Positions 40,023 through 49,299 of a stretch of DNA of 64,000 bases are shown here, piece by piece. A program made the translations under genes and the position numbers. This DNA is from Parabacteroides sp. FAFU027 (GTDB lineage Bacteria; Bacteroidota; Bacteroidia; Bacteroidales; UBA7332), in the NCBI RefSeq assembly GCF_022808675.1, contig NZ_JAKZKV010000005.1, forward strand, positions 261,953 to 325,952, read 5' to 3'. Every line of letters starts with the position of its first letter. The stretch's first letter is position 1. Below the pieces are notes generated by a model, which was given only the letters and a program-made list of their open reading frames with translations, had not been told where the DNA came from and ran no database searches.

Positions 40023-40802
40023 TTATTCACCATAAAACCGATCCTTCCTCCAGTTTGCCGGATTATTGACGATGTAGTAAGCAATCCGTCTGTACTCCTC
40101 TTCATCCCTAATGATGTGGTCATGGAAGCGTTCCTGCCAATGAAAAACCAGATGATTGGTCGTGGCATACGATTTAACCCCTGATTTAAATCCCCGAATG
40201 ATAGATCCGAGGTTTCGGGACTGCGGTCCGAATTGATTCATAGAATGCGGTGTTTCCCGTAGAGACGCATGATTATGCGTCTCGTTCAATAATCCTGAAA
40301 CATTTAGCGCATGATTATGCGTCTCATTGGACAATTCTGATACATTTGACGCATGATTTTGCGTATCATTCAATAATGCGAAATCATCAGACGCACAATC
40401 CTGTTCATGAGACACAAAATCTTGCGTCTTATTTGTTTCACACTGCTCATGAGACGCAAAATCTTGCGTCTCTACGGATGAATCACCATTTTTCAGCTCC
40501 TTTACCGGTTTATTGATATGAATAATTCCATGCACATGATTGGGCATCACGATGTGTTCGGCCAGTTCCACAAAGGGAAAATGTTGTGGAATCTCTAACC
40601 AATATTGATCAGCTATCTGCCCCAATTCGTTCAGTATCATCTTATCCTCCACTATTTTCCCGAAATAATGGCGATGAGCCGCTGTACATATCGTCACAAA
40701 ATAAGCCCCGTTATTGCCATAATCCCACCATGCAGCACGTGCAGAAGGAATGCGGTATTTCCCGGCAAATTTTTCGTTGTTCATATTCCAATATTTTTCC
40801 AT
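40023..40802 (-). mobile_element. REP-associated tyrosine transposase (RAYT; IS200/IS605-like Y1 HUH transposase) with an in-frame REP-encoded insertion
   Basis: N-terminal GAYFVTICT...HVHGIIH (HUH) and C-terminal GSIIRGFKSGV...WQERFHDHIIRDEEEYRRIAYYIVNNP. Residues ~110-180 are encoded by five REP palindromes at 40261-40472. Confidence 0.75.
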
Positions 40803-41005
40803 AACGGTAATCCATCCATTTCCCCACCCGGTAGAGACGCATGATTATGCGTCTCATAAATATAATTCATCCATTTAAACGCAAGATTTTGCGTCTCATA
40901 ATTGCAATAACAAACCATCTGAAATGCCATGGATGATATTTGATACACATGAAATGGTATTTGATACGCCTGGTACGATATTAGAGACGCAAAATCTTGC
41001 GTCTC
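40261..41005. repeat. REP palindrome array: at least 8 copies of GAGACGCA-(A/T)5-6-TGCGTCTC. Five copies lie inside the RAYT ORF and three lie upstream of it.
   Basis: Copies at ~40261, 40306, 40348, 40408, 40450, 40831, 40877 and 40984. Spacing is 42-45 bp within the ORF. The motif is not found elsewhere in the window. Confidence 0.75.
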
Positions 41006-41195
41006 TACGGTGCGGATGCGGATGTACTACCTCTTATTTTTTTCATGATTGGCTGCTTATGCGGAATCCTATCTCTTGTTCATCTCCCGGAATTGCTGAA
41101 TGGTCTCTTCCTTGATCTTCGGCCAAAGGAGTCTGTCAACACTCAGCACGGCTGTGGTATCCGGTTTGTCGCCAAAAACACACGATTAAAGATTT

Positions 41196-41978
41196 CTATT
41201 TGGAGACTCTCTCAAAAAATTGACCGTTATATTTATAGGTTATAAACTGATTTGTAACCTTTAATTTATTGGTCACAACCGGTATTTTGAGTGTTTTTGT
41301 ATTTTCATCAAAATAGATGAGCTTTACAGGTCTTTCCTTTCTGTTGGCAACTGAGAAAAAATCAAATTCAAAATACAGTTTATTTCTGATCCCGGTTTTG
41401 GTTTTAATTAATCTGACTTTGTCATTCAGTTTTTCGTTATCTATACTGAATAACTGGACTCCTTGCATACATCCACTTGAGGAATACTCTGCGTTTCCAT
41501 AAGCTATATAAACCTTTTTACTTCCAGTTTCTAACGTAAATATTTCAGAATACCAGCAACCAATATCTCCTTCCTGCCTATTCTCGTTCAGACTTTTTGA
41601 ACAAACCTTTTTATCTCCCTGATACTGACATATACTTTCATAATCTTTCATTGTACCACCCAATTCAGTATCCCATGAATAGATTCTGAATTTCTTATCC
41701 GAAGATGTTGTTATGATTAAGTGTGCTTTTTTCAACTCACTAAAATCATAAGCAAGGGTAGAAGGTATTTTGCTGGTATAATTCAATAGTTTATCATAAA
41801 ATATCTCATTCTCATTATCTAATGAATCCTCTGCACTTATCTTTGCATTTCCAGTAAAATGTGCCCAATAAGATATTTTCGTCAAATGCTTTAACAACTC
41901 ATTCTCAACAACCTTAAGATTCTGTCCATAAATTGTAAATGAACAAAATACCAACCAAACGATTAGCTTGTTTCTCAT
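41196..41978 (-). CDS. Hypothetical secreted protein
   Basis: Signal peptide MRNKLIVWLVFCSFTIYGQ. No recognisable domain. Confidence 0.4.
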   Translation of the reverse strand: MRNKLIVWLVFCSFTIYGQNLKVVENELLKHLTKISYWAHFTGNAKISAEDSLDNENEIFYDKLLNYTSKIPSTLAYDFSELKKAHLIITTSSDKKFRIYSWDTELGGTMKDYESICQYQGDKKVCSKSLNENRQEGDIGCWYSEIFTLETGSKKVYIAYGNAEYSSSGCMQGVQLFSIDNEKLNDKVRLIKTKTGIRNKLYFEFDFFSVANRKERPVKLIYFDENTKTLKIPVVTNKLKVTNQFITYKYNGQFFERVSK

Positions 41979-42153
41979 ATATAAATATCGAATAATCAGA
42001 TTAAATATTTACATCAATACTAATTCACACCTAAACCCCAATTAAGGATCAGATTCTACGAAAAGAAGCTATTTCTTCCATTCTACAATTTTATAATCAA
42101 CAATTGCAGAGTCATTTGATAAACTGATAATTAAATCCCGGCCTTTAATAGGA

Positions 42154-42456
42154 TCAATATCCCACCCATAATCCAGATATAAAATATAGCCAATTCGCTT
42201 TTCTTTTTTTTTCATCATAAATTTCCGGCTTCCCTAGCAAGCGGATTATTTCAGGATACTTCATTCCTTTATATAAGTAATGATCCATTAAATCCTTAAC
42301 GATAGGTTCTCTTTGAGAAAAATCAGTCCCATCAAAATTAATCCAGGAATCTTTATCAAATGGTTTATTTCTATTCTTACACGAGACTAAGAACAAGAAT
42401 AAAATCAATAATGAAAATCCTATTTTACAAAGCCGGCAATAATTTCTTAATCTCAT
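42154..42456 (-). CDS. Hypothetical small lipoprotein; possibly the 5' part of a gene frameshifted at an A10 homopolymer
   Basis: Lipobox LFLVSC. The ORF ends just after a poly(A)10 run (minus strand, 42203-42215). A second frame continues another ~45 codons to ~42085. Confidence 0.3.
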   Translation of the reverse strand: MRLRNYCRLCKIGFSLLILFLFLVSCKNRNKPFDKDSWINFDGTDFSQREPIVKDLMDHYLYKGMKYPEIIRLLGKPEIYDEKKRKANWLYFISGLWVGY

Positions 42457-42769
42457 TTATTTTCAATCGAAACATTTGTTCAGGATAAAGAATCTTATTA
42501 AGAATTGGATTTTCTTGAAAAGACAAGTCTATCTCCATTCCACAAATGTACACAGATAACTCTATAATTTATCATTTCACACCTATTAATCACAAATTAA
42601 ACAGAAAAAATTGTTTCTAATACACTTATCCCATTAATACAAACTAACAGGCAAGAGATAACCACACAGTGCTTTGCCCGAAAAAGAGAGCACTTTACTC
42701 CCGCAGCGGGTCACTTAAACCTCAAAACACAGTGCTTTTTTGGCTCTACAGGTCACTTTTTTATCACTA

Positions 42770-42960
42770 CGAAGCGCTTTGTAGAAACTACAAGCCACTT
42801 TGTAGCCGCTTCAAGCTTGCTTGTAGTCACAACAAAGCGACTTGTAGCCACAACAAGCAAGCCTGTAGTAGCTTCAAGCAAGCTCGACGCCATTACTTAG
42901 TGGCTTGTAGCCGCTTCGGGCAAGCTTGAAGCGACTACAAGCAACTGTGTAGTCATAAAA
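42770..42960. repeat. Degenerate tandem / inverted repeat array of (C)TTGTAG(CC) motifs, ~19-24-bp period, including a 14-bp-stem hairpin
   Basis: Seven direct TTGTAG copies (42776-42950) and two inverted CTACAAG copies. The hairpin cttgtagccgcttc...gaagcgactacaag has one mismatch. Confidence 0.5.
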
Positions 42961-43021
42961 AAACGCTCTGTAAGCGAAGTATTGTAATACGACAAAACAT
43001 CAAACCACTATCTAACACCAT

Positions 43022-43759
43022 CTAAATCACCCCCATATCGTGCAGATACATAACAGCAAACGAGATCTCGCGTACAGATAATTTCTGATTGATATTACGT
43101 CGGTGATTATCTATAGTATCGTGGGAAATAAAGAGCTCTTCCGCAATAGCAGCTTTATTATACCCCTCCTTACTAAGCGCCGCGATTTGCAATTCCCTAT
43201 CGGAAAATGTACAACCAGTCGCACGCTTCATAAACTTCCCGGTTTGCAAATTAATAATATATATCCCTTTAGACAATTCACGGCTACTACACCCGTCAAC
43301 AGGTTTCAACATCAGTAAGACCTGCCCATGATCTCCCTCGGAATGATCTTCGACCAGCAGATATTTAAACATGACACGCTTATACACACCATGTATGTTG
43401 CGGAGACGACATTCAAACACCAGAGCATAATCGATCAACTCCTCTGTACTTAAATCACCGATAAAACGAAACGCCTTACACCATGCTGATACAAAATGAT
43501 CGATATCAGCCGGCCATATTGACTTCACAAACTCCTCCACAGTAACAGTACCGCTAAAAAGATGGCTGAATTCAGGACAATTGGTATGGAGGAAATGATA
43601 ATCATTGCGCCCGGCATTACAAAGCGCCAATGTTCGACCTTCTACTCGTGCCATCTGTTTTAGCTGTAAAGCCTGAGCATTGGACATTACAAACTCAGAA
43701 TCGGCAAAAATGGGATGATTGCCGATAAAATCCATATACATTTCTTCTACTCGTTTCAT
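43022..43759 (-). CDS. LuxR-family transcriptional regulator with an N-terminal PAS-like sensor domain
   Basis: C-terminal LuxR HTH LSDRELQIAALSKEGYNKAAIAEELFISHDTIDNHRRNINQKL. The N-terminal ~170 aa form a sensor-like domain. Confidence 0.75.
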   Translation of the reverse strand: MKRVEEMYMDFIGNHPIFADSEFVMSNAQALQLKQMARVEGRTLALCNAGRNDYHFLHTNCPEFSHLFSGTVTVEEFVKSIWPADIDHFVSAWCKAFRFIGDLSTEELIDYALVFECRLRNIHGVYKRVMFKYLLVEDHSEGDHGQVLLMLKPVDGCSSRELSKGIYIINLQTGKFMKRATGCTFSDRELQIAALSKEGYNKAAIAEELFISHDTIDNHRRNINQKLSVREISFAVMYLHDMGVI

Positions 43760-43862
43760 AATACTACATGTATTAAAAGAAGATCACGCTCAAGCTGAAT
43801 AAGCGACCTATAAACCCTCCTGATTAATAATTGGCAGAAACAGCCCTATCTATGACAAAAAT

Positions 43863-43878
43863 TGACGACATGTCGTTA
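43863..43878. promoter_or_regulatory. Palindrome tgACGACATGTCGTta in the divergent luxR / unknown-gene promoter region
   Basis: Perfect 12-bp palindrome acgacatgtcgt lying 104 bp upstream of the luxR-like start. Confidence 0.3.
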
Positions 43879-43934
43879 TTGCACACAACATTTCAACAAT
43901 ATGCCTTTGCATCAGACAAAACAACTAACAATAT

Positions 43935-43948
43935 ACATTTACAAATGT
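43935..43948. promoter_or_regulatory. Imperfect palindrome ACATTT-AC-AAATGT upstream of the gene at 44001
   Basis: 6-bp inverted arms lying 53 bp upstream of the ATG at 44001. Confidence 0.25.
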
Positions 43949-44000
43949 AAAGTACATTTTTCAATGTGCAAATTATTCACCATTTTAAATACATACAACT

Positions 44001-44708
44001 ATGGGTTCAGCAACAAGAATTCCCAGGGGAATTGATGATTTCAATCTTTATCTGGCCAGCACAGCGGCCTACATTGTATTAGGTATTCCCATCACAAACG
44101 GTGCCCGTCTGGGCTTTTCGGAAGAAGAGGTTAATCGGTGGGTCGGTTTTCACACGATATGGGCTCCGATTTATGCCAAATACGCCGATAAAAGATACGG
44201 TCGTACCACTGCCATCAAAGATGATCTATTGAGTAAAATCGATGAAGTGATTAATTTCGACAAAGAGATTAACTTTCTGGATCGGATTTCCGTTTCGCTA
44301 AACGTAACCGTAGCCGACTTGACTGTTTTTAATATCAAGAAGGGCGCTTTGGAGAAAACGACCCGTACGGTTCCCACCTCACGCATTGACGAACTGGTAC
44401 AAGCCATGCTAATTCCCGCAGGCGGTGGTGACATCACCCTCAAATGTTACAGCACAACCAGCGCACGCGCTGCCATCTATGGCGATGCCGACTGTGTACA
44501 GATTCTTTACATGGTGGGCACTACACCTCCCACATCAGCAGAAGACCCCAATCTGATAAAAGATTTATCGACAAAAGCCATCTTCACGCTGTCATTGGGT
44601 GCTGCCTCAGCGGCTAAAACACTTTACATCTATTTCCGCTGGTACAACACCAAACACCCGGAACTGGCGGGCTCGTGGAGCAGCCTGCAAACGACGGTTA
44701 TCATCTAA
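44001..44708 (+). CDS. Hypothetical protein, 235 aa, no signal peptide, transcribed divergently from the LuxR regulator
   Basis: Clean ORF with an upstream AT-rich promoter region and a strong downstream terminator. No recognisable motifs. Confidence 0.45.
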   Translation: MGSATRIPRGIDDFNLYLASTAAYIVLGIPITNGARLGFSEEEVNRWVGFHTIWAPIYAKYADKRYGRTTAIKDDLLSKIDEVINFDKEINFLDRISVSLNVTVADLTVFNIKKGALEKTTRTVPTSRIDELVQAMLIPAGGGDITLKCYSTTSARAAIYGDADCVQILYMVGTTPPTSAEDPNLIKDLSTKAIFTLSLGAASAAKTLYIYFRWYNTKHPELAGSWSSLQTTVII

Positions 44709-44726
44709 GATCTTAATCGGATTCAA

Positions 44727-44762
44727 ACAAAAAGTGGAGGCATTGCCTCCACTTTTTGTTTT
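44727..44762 (+). terminator. Rho-independent terminator
   Basis: aaagtggaggc attg cctccacttt stem followed by ttgtttt. Confidence 0.8.
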
Positions 44763-44927
44763 ATGACATACCTCAAAAGACACTATACCCTTGAGAGATA
44801 CACTGAAATAAGGATTCGAAAATTCAATTACACTAAAAAAAAGCGAAACTACCAGCCCCGCCACCAAAATCAAAAAAGGGAGAACCTCACGGCTCCCCCT
44901 TCCCTACTACTAACTACAAATTATCTA

Positions 44928-46598
44928 CTAACAAAACAAGTTCTCTTCGGTAAACTTACCGATTTGAACATATTTATGGTAAATATCAAGATAAAGTTTG
45001 TGGTTTTCTGCGTTAGGATAGAATTCAGCAGCGAATCCCATACCCATTGCAGCCTGAGCGTCCTCTACTTTAGCGTAAACGCCCGCTACCACAGCAGCAA
45101 ACATTGAAGCTCCGAAAGCACAAGCCTGTTCAGCTTTAGCTACTTTGATCGGCATATTCAATACGTCTGCCAGAGTTTGCATTACAAACGGAGATTTCAA
45201 AGCGATACCACCGATACCAATGATTTCTTTGATCTCTACACCGTTTTCGATGAAACGGTCCACGATCGCTTTAGATCCGAAAGCAGTAGCTTCCACCAAA
45301 GCACGGAACATCAACGGAGCTGTTGTACCTAATGAAAGACCAGTGATGGTACCTTTCAGCATTTGGTTAGCATCCGGAGTACGACGACCGTTCATCCAGT
45401 CTGTTGCAATAATAGTTGATTCCGATACAGGCACTTTCATTGCCTCGATTGACAATGCCGGGATGATCGCATCCAGAGACTCCTGAATCAGTTTTTGTTT
45501 TGTTTCTTCATCAATCAGGGTTGATTTAGCCACTATGTTTTCGATTGGCCATGCTACCACACGTTTGAACCATGCGTAGATGTCACCGAAAGCAGACTGA
45601 CCAGCTTCCAGACCTACGAGGCCAGGGATAACAGATCCATCTACCTGACCACAGATACCCGGGATCAGTTTGTCACCCATTTCTTCGTGTGAAGCAACCA
45701 TGATATCACAGGTAGAAGTACCGATTACACGTACCAAAGCGCCCGGTTTAACCTCTGCACCTACAGCACCCATGTGGCAGTCAAATGCACCTACAGCTAC
45801 AGCTACCTTGGTAGTCAAGCCTAAACGTTTAGCCCACTCTTCGGTCAATGTACCTGTTTTCTTGTCACTCGGACAAGTATCAGTGTACAATTTAGCACGG
45901 TACCCTGCCAAAACAGGATCGAGCGCAACAAGGAACTCTTCTGCAGGAAGACCACCCCATTTCTCCAGCCACATCGCTTTGTGACCTGAAGCACAACGGC
46001 TACGGCAGATCTCTTCCGGTTTGGTTTTACCCACCAAAAGACCTGGCAACCAGTCACAGTGCTCTACCAATGAATAACCCGCTTTACGGATTGATTCATC
46101 TGCACGAAGCACGTGCAATGCTTTTGCCCAGAACCACTCAGAAGAGTAGATTCCACCTTCGTAAGAAGTATAGTCGATATCCCATTTCGCAGCCAACTCG
46201 TTGATTTCGTTAGCTTCTTTGATCGCAGTGTGGTCTTTCCACAATACGAACATCGCGTTAGGGTTTTCCGCAAATTCAGGAAGCAGTGCCAGCGGAGTTC
46301 CCTCTTTATCGGTGAAAACCGGAGTACTACCAGTTGTGTCGAATGCCATACCTACTACTTTCTCTGCAGTTCCGGCAGGACATTTAGACAAAGCATCTTT
46401 AACGGTATATTCCAATACCTCGATGTAATCCAGCGGGTGCTGGCGATATTGGTTCGCTATCGGATCGCAATATTTGCCTTCCATCCAGCGAGGATAATAT
46501 TTTACAGATGAAGCCATTTCAGCTCCGGTGATTGCGTCCACTACAACGGCGCGAGCTGAGTCGCTACCATAATCCAGACCAATAACGTATTTGCTCAT
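44928..46598 (-). CDS. araB: Ribulokinase
   Basis: FGGY-family kinase. N-terminal VIGLDYGSDSARAVVVD and 556-aa length match AraB. Confidence 0.9.
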   Translation of the reverse strand: MSKYVIGLDYGSDSARAVVVDAITGAEMASSVKYYPRWMEGKYCDPIANQYRQHPLDYIEVLEYTVKDALSKCPAGTAEKVVGMAFDTTGSTPVFTDKEGTPLALLPEFAENPNAMFVLWKDHTAIKEANEINELAAKWDIDYTSYEGGIYSSEWFWAKALHVLRADESIRKAGYSLVEHCDWLPGLLVGKTKPEEICRSRCASGHKAMWLEKWGGLPAEEFLVALDPVLAGYRAKLYTDTCPSDKKTGTLTEEWAKRLGLTTKVAVAVGAFDCHMGAVGAEVKPGALVRVIGTSTCDIMVASHEEMGDKLIPGICGQVDGSVIPGLVGLEAGQSAFGDIYAWFKRVVAWPIENIVAKSTLIDEETKQKLIQESLDAIIPALSIEAMKVPVSESTIIATDWMNGRRTPDANQMLKGTITGLSLGTTAPLMFRALVEATAFGSKAIVDRFIENGVEIKEIIGIGGIALKSPFVMQTLADVLNMPIKVAKAEQACAFGASMFAAVVAGVYAKVEDAQAAMGMGFAAEFYPNAENHKLYLDIYHKYVQIGKFTEENLFC

Positions 46599-46676
46599 GA
46601 TTTTTATTAGTGTGTTAGTCTAAGAAAGCCTGAAGCCTGTCTATGACTATGGGCTTCAGACTTCTTTATGTGGATA

Positions 46677-48179
46677 TTATCTCAAAGCTTTGTTAAGCAT
46701 GTAGTAAACTTCGTTGTTACGAAGATCCTGACGGAACTGACGAATAGTTGTGTCTTTATCGATGATCAACAATTCGATATCAGCGATTTCTGCGAAGTCT
46801 TCCATCATCTCAGTTGTAAGAGAGAATGAGAAACAAGAGTGGTGAGTACCACCAGCCAAAATCCATGCACCTGCACCAATTTCGAAGTTAGGCATTGGTT
46901 TCCACAATGCACAAGCTACAGGAAGTTTAGGAAGAGCTTGTGGCTCGATTACCTCTACTTCATTCAGAATCATACGGAAACGGTTACCCATATCCACGAT
47001 AGTAGTAGCAACACCTGTACCTTTGTGAGCCTGGAAAATCAAACGTGCACAAACACCTGCATCGCCAATTCCTAAGAAGTGTACTTCGATACGTGGTTTG
47101 TTACCTGCAATTTCAGGGTTGATTTCCAACATGTGAGACTGAAGGATAGAGCTGTTTTCACCGTCGAAGTTCAATACATAATCTTCAAGGAATGAGCAAC
47201 CACCAGGAAGACCTTGTGCCATTACCCACATAGTACGTGACAATGCAGCAGATTTCCAGTCACCTTCAGCACCGAAACCGTAACCTTCTGCCATCAAACG
47301 CTGAGAAGCAAATCCCATCAACTGAGACATACCTTCCAATTCGTTGAAGCTGGTAGTAAACGCTTTAGCACCTTTTGACTCAAGGAAACGACGAAGACCG
47401 ATTTCCTGAGCAGCAGCCTGACGTACAGAAACGTGTTTTTCAGTTCCTTTTTTGCAATCGTCAGCGAAGTCGTAGATTTTCTCGTAAACATCAACCAAAG
47501 CATCAATTTCCGCTTCAGTTACTGCTTCTACGAAAGGAACCAGTTTAGCGATAGGAGCGTTATCCACGTGGTAACCCAAACGGATTTCAGCTTCTACTTT
47601 ATCACCATCAGTTACTGCTACGTTGTTCATGTTGTCACCGAAACGGATGATCAACATATCCTGTGAATCAGCCCAACCTGCACAAACGCGCATCCAGCCA
47701 CCGATTTTATCGTGAGTTGATTTGTCTTTCCAGTAACCTACCACCACTTTGCGAGGTTTACGCAGACGGCTGGTGATGTGTCCGAATTCGCGGTCACCGT
47801 GAGCCGATTGGTTAAGGTTCATGTAATCCATGTCGATTTCGCCCCATGGAATTTGTTGGTCAAATTGAGTATGTAAGTGCAACAATGGTTTTTTGTAGTC
47901 CAAAAGACCGTGGATCCACATTTTAGCAGGAGAGAAAGTGTGCATCCAGGTGATCATACCGATACATTTGGTGTCACCGTTAGCAGCACGCATGATTTCA
48001 GCGATTTCTGCTGAAGAGTTTGCAGTTCCTTTATATACAACTTTTACAGGCAAGTTACCAGATTCGTTCAATCCTTTTACCATTTCGTTAGAGTGCGCGT
48101 CAACTTTTACAACTGCGTCACCTCCGTACAAAAGCTGAGCTCCTGTAACGAACCATACTTCATAATTTTCAAAAGCCAT
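46677..48179 (-). CDS. araA: L-arabinose isomerase
   Basis: 500 aa, N-terminus MAFENYEVWFVTGAQLLYG... is typical of AraA. Sits between araD and araB. Confidence 0.9.
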   Translation of the reverse strand: MAFENYEVWFVTGAQLLYGGDAVVKVDAHSNEMVKGLNESGNLPVKVVYKGTANSSAEIAEIMRAANGDTKCIGMITWMHTFSPAKMWIHGLLDYKKPLLHLHTQFDQQIPWGEIDMDYMNLNQSAHGDREFGHITSRLRKPRKVVVGYWKDKSTHDKIGGWMRVCAGWADSQDMLIIRFGDNMNNVAVTDGDKVEAEIRLGYHVDNAPIAKLVPFVEAVTEAEIDALVDVYEKIYDFADDCKKGTEKHVSVRQAAAQEIGLRRFLESKGAKAFTTSFNELEGMSQLMGFASQRLMAEGYGFGAEGDWKSAALSRTMWVMAQGLPGGCSFLEDYVLNFDGENSSILQSHMLEINPEIAGNKPRIEVHFLGIGDAGVCARLIFQAHKGTGVATTIVDMGNRFRMILNEVEVIEPQALPKLPVACALWKPMPNFEIGAGAWILAGGTHHSCFSFSLTTEMMEDFAEIADIELLIIDKDTTIRQFRQDLRNNEVYYMLNKALR

Positions 48180-48244
48180 GATTATTGTTTTTTTAGTGTT
48201 AAGTATTTGATTTAATGCAATTAAGTCTGTTATGATTAAAACGG

Positions 48245-48931
48245 TTATTTCTGCCCGTAGTAAGCTCCCGGTCCGTGTTTACGGTAGAAGTGCTTGGTAA
48301 TCAAATGGGGATTCATTTGCAATTGCGGATTAACGTTATATGCAATGAATGCCATTTTAGCCACCTGCTCCATTACCACTGCATTGTGAACAGCATCGTG
48401 CGCATCTTTACCCCAGGAGAATGGTCCGTGGTTTTTCACCAATACGCCCGGTACATAAACAGGGTTAATACCTTCGAAACGCTCGATGATTACGGTTCCG
48501 GTCTCTTTTTCGTATTCACCTGTCACTTCCGCTTCAGTCATCATGCGGGTACATGGAATCCCTTCTGCAAAGTAGTCAGCATGAGTAGTACCGATATTTG
48601 GAATATCACATCCTGCCTGCGCCCATGCAGTTGCATAGGTAGAGTGTGTGTGAACAACGGCTTTAATTCCGGGGAATGCTTTGTACAACTCCAGGTGAGT
48701 TGCTGTGTCAGATGAAGGTTTGAGAGTACCTTCCACTACTTTACCATCGAGGTCAACAACAACCATGTGTTCGGCTTTCATATCATCGTATGATACGCCT
48801 GAAGGTTTGATTACGACCAAACCGGATTCACGGTCAATTTCACTAACGTTTCCCCAGGTAAAGATTACCAAACCGTGCTTCACTAATTCGAGATTAGCCT
48901 GAAACACTTTTTCTTTGAGTTCTGCGAGCAT
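48245..48931 (-). CDS. araD: L-ribulose-5-phosphate 4-epimerase
   Basis: Class II aldolase/adducin fold: [30 protein letters not shown]...HTHS. The internal Met at 48931 is chosen as start, giving 228 aa. Confidence 0.85.
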   Translation of the reverse strand: MLAELKEKVFQANLELVKHGLVIFTWGNVSEIDRESGLVVIKPSGVSYDDMKAEHMVVVDLDGKVVEGTLKPSSDTATHLELYKAFPGIKAVVHTHSTYATAWAQAGCDIPNIGTTHADYFAEGIPCTRMMTEAEVTGEYEKETGTVIIERFEGINPVYVPGVLVKNHGPFSWGKDAHDAVHNAVVMEQVAKMAFIAYNVNPQLQMNPHLITKHFYRKHGPGAYYGQK

Positions 48932-49299
48932 TTTGAAATTGGTTAAATAAGTTTTTGTTTGCAAACGTCGGTTCCGAAAGGATTCGGATAAGTGAAGATG
49001 GTTCTTAAAACCATTAAGTGTGATTCTTACACTTATTCGACTCTGCAAAAGTAGAAATAAATGAAGATTGGGCAACCACCAAAGATTATGTTATGCAACA
49101 CATTACGCAAAACGAACTTAAAGATGTTGAACAACACAAATACAACAACTCAAACACCTGTTTTTCAGACGCCTAAATTAAACCACAAGCTTTGACGGTT
49201 TGTTCGCTCTATTATATATTGTTTAGTGTAGCCCTTACACCTATCTTACAGATGCTATATTTTGTGTATATTTGCGCACATTTTTATGATTGAAAATAA

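Noticed and set aside
42669-42929. 86-aa ORF with a LACSHNK-type periodic translation
   Set aside because: It is a translation of the TTGTAG tandem/inverted repeat block. Periodicity at the amino-acid level mirrors the DNA repeats, so it is treated as non-coding.
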